A stretch of 52,607 bases of DNA from positions 1 through 52,607 of the forward strand of contig CAXSGP010000008.1 in the NCBI GenBank assembly GCA_964236955.1, written 5' to 3'. Below the pieces are notes generated by a model, which had not been told where the DNA came from, made no database searches, and worked only from the letters and a program-made list of their open reading frames with translations. This stretch comes from an uncultured Oligoflexus sp. (GTDB lineage Bacteria; Bdellovibrionota_B; Oligoflexia; Oligoflexales; Oligoflexaceae). Position numbers and translations under genes: made by a program. Below, one piece after another: positions 46,173-52,607 of this stretch (its first letter is position 1; each line of letters opens with the position of its first letter).

Positions 46173-49100
46173 TCAACGATTGCTGTGGGGATTGCGCCCG
46201 GCTTTTTCCAGCCAGATATGTATGACCGACAAGAGTTTCTCCGGATCCACCGGCTTCGTAACATAATCAGAAGCTCCGGCCTGCAAGGCTTTCTCCCGAT
46301 CGCCCTTCATCGCCTTGGCAGTGAGGGAGATAATCGGCAACGAGCCAAAGCGCGCATCACGCCTTATGATTTGGGTAGCCTCGATGCCATCCATTTCCGG
46401 CATCATCATATCCATAAGGACAAGGTCAACATCCGGGTTTTCAATAAGCTGGGCAATGCCCAGCTTACCATTTTCCGCGTGTAGAACAGTCATTTTTCGA
46501 TCTTCCAGAACACTATCGATGGCAAAGATATTTCGACTATCATCATCCACCACGAGAATTTTACGGCCCGTAAAGTCAGCGTGCGGCGGCAATGGCGGAA
46601 CATCGATGTTATTTTCAGTGCTAGAACTTTCTATAACAGGTTGGGCGATATCGGTTCCATTATAATTTTGGGGCAGATAAAGAGTGAATGTGCTGCCTGA
46701 GTCCGGAGCACTTTGAACGTCCAGCCAACCGCCCAAAAGCCGAGTAATTTCACGACTAATCGTCAATCCGAGACCGGTTCCGCCATACTTTCGACTGGTC
46801 GTTCCATCGGCCTGCTGGAAGGCTTCGAATATTAATTTTTGTTTATTCAGGGGGATGCCTATGCCGGTATCCTGAACCGCAAATGCGACAATGGGATGGG
46901 TAGTCGGGAACATCTTCATGCTGTGCTTTTGGCTCGGAACGACCGGACTTATCGTCATGATCACCTTGCCGCGTTCTGTGAATTTAAAGGCATTGGACAG
47001 AAGGTTCTTCAGAATCTGCTGGAGCCTGTTGACATCGGTGAACATGGTGCGTGGCACACCTTTTTCCATGAGAATCTGGAATTCAAGGCCTTTTTGGTCC
47101 GCCATATGACGGAAGGTGCGTTCCACATAGTCCTGGACTTCGGGCAGATCAATCTGCTTCGGATCGATCGGCATCTTGCCCGCTTCGATTTTCGAGAGGT
47201 CAAGGATTTCATTGATCAGGCCAAGCAGATCGTTGCCGGATGAATAAACTGTCGATGCGAACTTAACCTGATCAGGGGTGAGGTTTTTCTCCTTATTCTC
47301 CGAAAGCATCTTCGAAAGGATGAGGAGGCTGTTGAGCGGAGTTCGGAGTTCGTGTGACATGTTGGCGAGGAATTCAGATTTATATTTGGAAATAAGCTGC
47401 AGTTGCTCGGCTTTTTCCTCGACGCTTCGACTGGCAAGCTCGACTTCCTGGTTCTTGACTTCAAGCAGCTTGGCTTTATCGTTGAGTTCGTTGGCCTGGG
47501 CCTCCAGCTCGGCGTTCGATCGCTTCAGTTCCTGGAGCAGTTCTTCGGTACGCATCGATGACGAGATCATGTTGAGAATAACACCGATGGAATCCATCAG
47601 TTGATCGAGGAAGGTCAGATGGTTTTCACTGAAGATCTTGAACGAGGCCAGTTCAATGACAGCCTTGGTTTCGCCCTCAAAAAGAACGGGAAGCACGACG
47701 ATATTGCGAGCGGGAGCATCGCCCATCCCAGTTGAGATATGAATGAAATTTTCAGGGACATCGGCCAGGAGTATGCGTTTCTTTTCGAAAGCGCATTGCC
47801 CGATCAGGCTTTCCTTGAGTCGATAGCTGCTCGAAAGGTTTTTACGCGTGGTAAAACCATAACTGGCGATGAGGTTTAGGAGCGAATGGGTTTTTTCCTC
47901 GCTGCTCTCCATCATAAAGAACGCGCCGTGCTGCGCCCCGACGAGTGGAGTCAGCTCGGACATAATGAGCTGGGCCACCGAGATGATATTTCTTTGACCC
48001 TGCATCATTCCCGAGAATTTCGCGAGGTTGGTTTTCAGCCAGTCCTGCTCATTGTTCTTTTGGGTGGTATCCTTGAGATTGCCGATCATCTGGTTGATAT
48101 TGTCCTTCAAGGCCGCGACTTCGCCCATCGCCTCGACATTGATCGAACGGGTCAGGTCACCCTTCGTCACGGCCGTTGACACTTCGGCAATCGCCCGTAC
48201 CTGCGAGGTAAGGTTACCAGCAAGCTGATTGACGTTATCGGTCAAATCTCGCCAGGTGCCGGCCGCGCCAGGAACCTTCGCCTGTCCTCCCAGTTTACCT
48301 TCGATACCCACTTCCCGGGCCACCGTCGTTACCTGGTCGGCAAATGTTCGAAGCGTGTCGGTCATGCTGTTGATCGTTTCAGCCAGCGCCGCAACTTCGC
48401 CCTTGGCTTCAAGAACAAACTTTTCGTAGAGATTGCCGTTAGCAACCGCCGTTACAACCTTGACGATACCGCGCACCTGGGTCGTAAGGTTTGAGGCCAT
48501 GAAGTTGACGTTATCGGTCAAGTCTTTCCAGGTCCCCGCGACCCCTGGCACACGGGCCTGGGCACCGAGCTTACCTTCGATACCCACCTCGCGGGCGACG
48601 GTGGTTACCTGGTCGGCAAAGATCCTGAGCGTATCGGTCATGCTATTGATGGTTTCGGCCAGCGCCGCCACTTCCCCTTTGGCTTCGAGTACAAATTTTT
48701 CGTTCAGGTTGCCGTTGGCCACCGCGGTCACAACCTTGACGATACCTCGCACCTGTTTGGTAAGGTTACCAGCCATGAAGTTTACATTATCGGTAAGATC
48801 CTTCCACGTTCCCGACACACCTTTCACTTCCGCCTGACCACCGAGTTTACCCTCGGTACCCACTTCTTTGGCTACGCGGGTTACTTCCGCAGCGAAGGAG
48901 TTGAGCTGATCCACCATGACGTTGATCGTGTTTTTGAGTTCGAGGATTTCACCCTTGGCATCAACCGTGATCTTTTGCGAAAGGTCACCCTTCGCCACCG
49001 CGGTGGTCACCTTGGCGATGTTTCGGACCTGGGCGGTGAGGTTGCCGGCGAGACCGTTTACATTGTCGGTCAAATCTTTCCAGGTCCCCGAAACGCCCTT

Positions 49101-51452
49101 AACTTCCGCCTGGCCACCGAGTTTTCCTTCGGTACCGACCTCTTTCGCCACCCGGGTTACTTCCGCAGCGAAGGAGTTCAGCTGATCAACCATCGTATTG
49201 ATCGTGTTTTTCAGCTCCAGAATTTCGCCCTTGGCATCGACGGTGATTTTCTGGGACAAATCGCCTTTCGCAACCGCGGTTGTTACCTTGGCGATGTTTC
49301 GTACTTGGGTTGTGAGGTTAGCGGCGAGACCGTTGACGTTATCGGTCAAATCCTTCCAGGTCCCCGATACCCCTTTTACATCCGCCTGGCCACCGAGTTT
49401 CCCTTCGGTTCCCACCTCTTTCGCCACGCGGGTTACTTCCGCTGCGAAGGAGTTGAGCTGATCCACCATGACGTTGATCGTATTTTTGAGTTCGAGAATT
49501 TCGCCTTTAGCATCAACCGTGATCTTTTGCGAAAGGTCTCCGTTGGCAACGGCGGTGGTTACCTTGGCAATGTTACGAACCTGGGTCGTGAGGTTCGCTG
49601 CGAGACCGTTGACGTTATCAGTCAAATCCTTCCAGGTTCCCGAGACGCCTTTGACATCCGCTTGGCCACCCAGTTTTCCTTCGGTACCGACCTCTTTCGC
49701 CACGCGGGTTACTTCCGCAGCGAAGGAGTTGAGCTGATCCACCATGACGTTGATCGTGTTTTTAAGCTCGAGAATTTCGCCCTTGGCATCGACGGTGATT
49801 TTCTGCGACAAATCACCCTTGGCCACTGCAGTTGTCACCTTGGCGATATTGCGGACCTGGGCGGTGAGGTTACCGGCGAGACCGTTGACGTTATCAGTCA
49901 GATCCTTCCAGGTTCCGGAAACCCCTTTGACATCCGCCTGACCCCCAAGTTTTCCTTCGGTACCGACTTCTTTCGCCACCCGGGTTACCTCGGCGGCAAA
50001 GGAGCGTAAGGTATCCACCATCGTGTTGATCGTGTTTTTTAGCTCAAGAATTTCGCCCTTGGCATCGACCGTGATCTTTTGCGAAAGGTCGCCGTTGGCC
50101 ACCGCCGTCGTTACCTTGGCGATGTTACGGACCTGGGCGGTGAGGTTACCGGCGAGACCGTTGACGTTATCGGTCAAATCCTTCCAGGTTCCGGAAACGC
50201 CTTTTACGTCGGCCTGACCGCCGAGCTTTCCTTCGGTACCGACTTCTTTCGCCACCCGGGTTACCTCGGCGGCGAAGGAGCGTAAGGTGTCAACCATTGT
50301 ATTGATCGTGTTTTTAAGCTCATAGATTTCGCCGCGTGCATCAACCGTGATTTTCTGTGAAAGGTCACCGTTGGCCACTGCGGTGGTTACCTTGGCGATG
50401 TTTCGGACCTGAGCGGTGAGGTTCGCGGCGAGGCCGTTGACGTTATCGGTCAAATCCTTCCAGGTTCCCGAAACCCCCTTTACTTCCGCCTGACCGCCGA
50501 GTTTTCCCTCGTTACCGACTTCTTTCGCCACCCGGGTAACTTCCGCGGCAAAAGAGGAAAGCTGATCCACCATGACGTTGATTGTGTTTTTAAGCTCGAG
50601 AATTTCACCTCGCGCATCAACTGTGATCTTTTGTGAAAGGTCACCCTTCGCCACTGCGGTGGTTACCTTGGCGATGTTTCGGACCTGGGCGGTGAGGTTA
50701 CCGGCGAGACCGTTAACGTTATCGGTGAGATCCCGCCAGGTTCCCGAAACCCCTTTTACATCCGCCTGACCGCCCAGCTTACCTTCGTTGCCGACTTCCT
50801 TGGCCACCCGGGTTACTTCCGCGGCGAAGGAGTTGAGCTGATCCACCATCGAGTTTACTGTGGTACCGATACGAAGGAACTCACCGCGGACCGGACGCCC
50901 CTCAATCTCCAGAAACATTTTCTGGGAAAGATCGCCTTTTGCCACCGCTGTGATAACCCTTGCAACCTCGTTCGTGGGTGCAACCAGGTCACCGATCAGC
51001 TGATTCACGGAATTGACGCTGGTGGCCCATGAGCCTTTGGCTGGACCCACCGAAGCCCGCTCGGTCATTCGACCCTCTTGGCCAACGATTTTGCCGACCC
51101 GGAGAAGTTCGTTGGAAAGATGCTCATTCAAACCGATAATATCGTTTAAAAGTTCCCCTGCGCGACCGAGGATATCGCCTTTTTCGTAGTCAAAACGCAC
51201 CGAAAAATCGCCTGATTTGACGGACTTCAGAACTTCGACGAGCTGTTCAATTTCGTCCTTATTCGATAAAGAGAGTTGATCCCATTCGGTATCGCGCGAA
51301 CGCACTGCTAACGGCACAGCCAAATTGATAGTATTTGCTGACTTGGCTTTGCTGACAGGAGAGGCTTTCGCTTTCGTGCTTCGTGTTGCTTTGATCTTGC
51401 CTGTCTCCTGAACTCCGCGCACTTTGATCCCACCGTCCGCTGCTCGCTTCAT
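46173..51452 (-). CDS. Poly-HAMP hybrid histidine kinase (group III / NIK1 / OsaA-like): HAMP array, GAF, HisKA, HATPase, REC
   Basis: 92-aa repeats [35 protein letters not shown], then [23 protein letters not shown], and MDMMMP. No TM segment. Confidence 0.95.
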   Translation of the reverse strand: MKRAADGGIKVRGVQETGKIKATRSTKAKASPVSKAKSANTINLAVPLAVRSRDTEWDQLSLSNKDEIEQLVEVLKSVKSGDFSVRFDYEKGDILGRAGELLNDIIGLNEHLSNELLRVGKIVGQEGRMTERASVGPAKGSWATSVNSVNQLIGDLVAPTNEVARVITAVAKGDLSQKMFLEIEGRPVRGEFLRIGTTVNSMVDQLNSFAAEVTRVAKEVGNEGKLGGQADVKGVSGTWRDLTDNVNGLAGNLTAQVRNIAKVTTAVAKGDLSQKITVDARGEILELKNTINVMVDQLSSFAAEVTRVAKEVGNEGKLGGQAEVKGVSGTWKDLTDNVNGLAANLTAQVRNIAKVTTAVANGDLSQKITVDARGEIYELKNTINTMVDTLRSFAAEVTRVAKEVGTEGKLGGQADVKGVSGTWKDLTDNVNGLAGNLTAQVRNIAKVTTAVANGDLSQKITVDAKGEILELKNTINTMVDTLRSFAAEVTRVAKEVGTEGKLGGQADVKGVSGTWKDLTDNVNGLAGNLTAQVRNIAKVTTAVAKGDLSQKITVDAKGEILELKNTINVMVDQLNSFAAEVTRVAKEVGTEGKLGGQADVKGVSGTWKDLTDNVNGLAANLTTQVRNIAKVTTAVANGDLSQKITVDAKGEILELKNTINVMVDQLNSFAAEVTRVAKEVGTEGKLGGQADVKGVSGTWKDLTDNVNGLAANLTTQVRNIAKVTTAVAKGDLSQKITVDAKGEILELKNTINTMVDQLNSFAAEVTRVAKEVGTEGKLGGQAEVKGVSGTWKDLTDNVNGLAGNLTAQVRNIAKVTTAVAKGDLSQKITVDAKGEILELKNTINVMVDQLNSFAAEVTRVAKEVGTEGKLGGQAEVKGVSGTWKDLTDNVNFMAGNLTKQVRGIVKVVTAVANGNLNEKFVLEAKGEVAALAETINSMTDTLRIFADQVTTVAREVGIEGKLGAQARVPGVAGTWKDLTDNVNFMASNLTTQVRGIVKVVTAVANGNLYEKFVLEAKGEVAALAETINSMTDTLRTFADQVTTVAREVGIEGKLGGQAKVPGAAGTWRDLTDNVNQLAGNLTSQVRAIAEVSTAVTKGDLTRSINVEAMGEVAALKDNINQMIGNLKDTTQKNNEQDWLKTNLAKFSGMMQGQRNIISVAQLIMSELTPLVGAQHGAFFMMESSEEKTHSLLNLIASYGFTTRKNLSSSYRLKESLIGQCAFEKKRILLADVPENFIHISTGMGDAPARNIVVLPVLFEGETKAVIELASFKIFSENHLTFLDQLMDSIGVILNMISSSMRTEELLQELKRSNAELEAQANELNDKAKLLEVKNQEVELASRSVEEKAEQLQLISKYKSEFLANMSHELRTPLNSLLILSKMLSENKEKNLTPDQVKFASTVYSSGNDLLGLINEILDLSKIEAGKMPIDPKQIDLPEVQDYVERTFRHMADQKGLEFQILMEKGVPRTMFTDVNRLQQILKNLLSNAFKFTERGKVIMTISPVVPSQKHSMKMFPTTHPIVAFAVQDTGIGIPLNKQKLIFEAFQQADGTTSRKYGGTGLGLTISREITRLLGGWLDVQSAPDSGSTFTLYLPQNYNGTDIAQPVIESSSTENNIDVPPLPPHADFTGRKILVVDDDSRNIFAIDSVLEDRKMTVLHAENGKLGIAQLIENPDVDLVLMDMMMPEMDGIEATQIIRRDARFGSLPIISLTAKAMKGDREKALQAGASDYVTKPVDPEKLLSVIHIWLEKAGRNPHSNR
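48090..51100 (-). repeat. 276-bp intragenic tandem repeat array (about 11 units)
   Basis: Ten GKLG...GTW motifs plus one divergent unit counted in the protein. DNA units differ mainly at synonymous sites. Boundaries are approximate. Confidence 0.9.
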
Positions 51453-51876
51453 GTCATCCTCGGCCTTTAGGTATTCAAAAACACATATTAAATATGTTTG
51501 ACGAAATAATAGGTCCTATAAAGTTATAGGATATGGCGGTTGGTTAAAAGAACTAACGCAATAAAGTTTAAGTGTCAGTATGGCTGTATGCACTTGATTT
51601 CGCGCGACAAAATGCACATAAAAGAAAAATGAATTTATTTTTATCGGCTGTCAATGTCTAGGGAACCCTAGGAATTAAAGGGGGATCTCTTATAAGTTGT
51701 TAAAAATAGGGTCTAATGGTCTAGGCTTTTATGATAAAGAGGAAAAAGGCATCCGTCAAACTGAATGATTTGTATCGGGTGGTCAATGTATTTTCGGCTT
51801 TTGGACTTCAGGCTGCCCTTTCATTCTCTACATAATTTCAGGTAAGCTGCGGAGAATTGTTCTCTAAGGGGTAAAC

Positions 51877-52607
51877 ATGTACTTGCGATCTTTGTCCCTC
51901 GCACTCTCACTTTCGGCCTCCGGTTTAATACCTGGTGCCACCGCCAGCGCCCGCGATTGGGCTAAAGATGGTTGGGAATTCGTTTCCGAGAAAGAGGGAA
52001 TCAAAGTCTTTCGAAAAAGCTATCCGAACTCTGACGTGAGAGGGGTGGCGGGCGAGACAAGAGTCAACGCCACAGTTGGCAAAATTCTTTGGGTACTTTT
52101 GGATCATCCTCACAAACCCGAGTGGATCAACCATTTCAAGGAAGCTTATACGGTAGAGCAGATTCCGCCGTCCTCGAATATTCAATACTCGCAATTCGAT
52201 TTGCCCTTTCCGGCGTCGAATCGTGATTTTGTTTTTCGCAACGATTTTACTGTCGATCCCGAACTTCACGCTGTCGTAATTGATGTGAAGTCGGTCGTTG
52301 ATAAAGCCGTGCCCGAGCGCGACGGCATTGTCCGTGGGGACATTATTCGCGGTCGATACTCTCTCATTCCCGACGGTGAACAAACGATACTTCAGGCTGA
52401 ATATCTTGCGGACCCCAAGGGCATGATACCGAGCTGGCTAATCAATTTCTTTCAGAAGGAATGGCCCTATAAAACGCTTGATGCCATGCGTAAGCAGCTA
52501 AAAAAGCCCTATATTCAAGAATGGGAAGTCTATACCAAAGTTCTCAAGCCGAAGCTTGAGGCACTGAAGACGTCGGCCGCCTCGTCCGCTCCCGTAGCGA
52601 CGCCGGC
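51877..52607 (+). CDS. Exported START-domain lipid-binding protein (3' end outside the window; absent from the ORF track)
   Basis: Hand translation MYLRSLSLALSLSASGLIPGATASARDWAKDGWEFVSEKEGIKVF...LPFPASNRDFV...ADPKGMIPSWLIN. AAGGGG RBS. Open to the window end. Confidence 0.85.
   Translation, partial: MYLRSLSLALSLSASGLIPGATASARDWAKDGWEFVSEKEGIKVFRKSYPNSDVRGVAGETRVNATVGKILWVLLDHPHKPEWINHFKEAYTVEQIPPSSNIQYSQFDLPFPASNRDFVFRNDFTVDPELHAVVIDVKSVVDKAVPERDGIVRGDIIRGRYSLIPDGEQTILQAEYLADPKGMIPSWLINFFQKEWPYKTLDAMRKQLKKPYIQEWEVYTKVLKPKLEALKTSAASSAPVATP

Noticed and set aside
48090..51100. CRISPR-like or mobile repeat array, and the repeated plus-strand ORFs
   Set aside because: The repeats are contiguous 276-bp in-frame coding units with no unique spacers and no cas genes. 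The plus-strand ORFs are shadows.
51925..52383. 152-aa minus-strand ORF
   Set aside because: Antisense shadow of the START-domain gene.

Overview
Chromosomal window from a bacterium with roughly 50% GC. The gene content (7TM-DISM and CheA-like kinases, REC-TPR proteins, secreted lipoprotein proteases, a DUF1585/DUF1501-type operon) suggests Oligoflexia/Bdellovibrionota or a related deltaproteobacterial lineage; this is an inference. I count about 33 CDS, including a LamB porin, a tandem two-domain solute-binding protein, a fibrinogen-like lipoprotein, a cytochrome c lipoprotein, a reductase-less CYP102-like P450, a ZnuD-like TonB receptor, kdpFABC, osmC, selO, an H1-like basic protein and a poly-HAMP kinase pair. 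Highlights: (1) a single 1383-aa ORF fuses DNA topoisomerase III to a complete RecQ helicase; (2) a ~110-bp palindromic repeat occurs twice, each time just 3' of a stop codon; (3) an exported three-gene operon of unknown function (CxxCH protein, lipoprotein, Tat-exported DUF1501-like protein); (4) kdp sits behind a sigma54/IHF/enhancer-like promoter, with two unannotated peptides and a decayed receiver fragment; (5) a set of pseudo-receiver and CheW-less CheA-like signalling proteins. I saw no rRNA, tRNA, CRISPR array, transposase or prophage. All family assignments come from motif recognition by eye, not from database searches.
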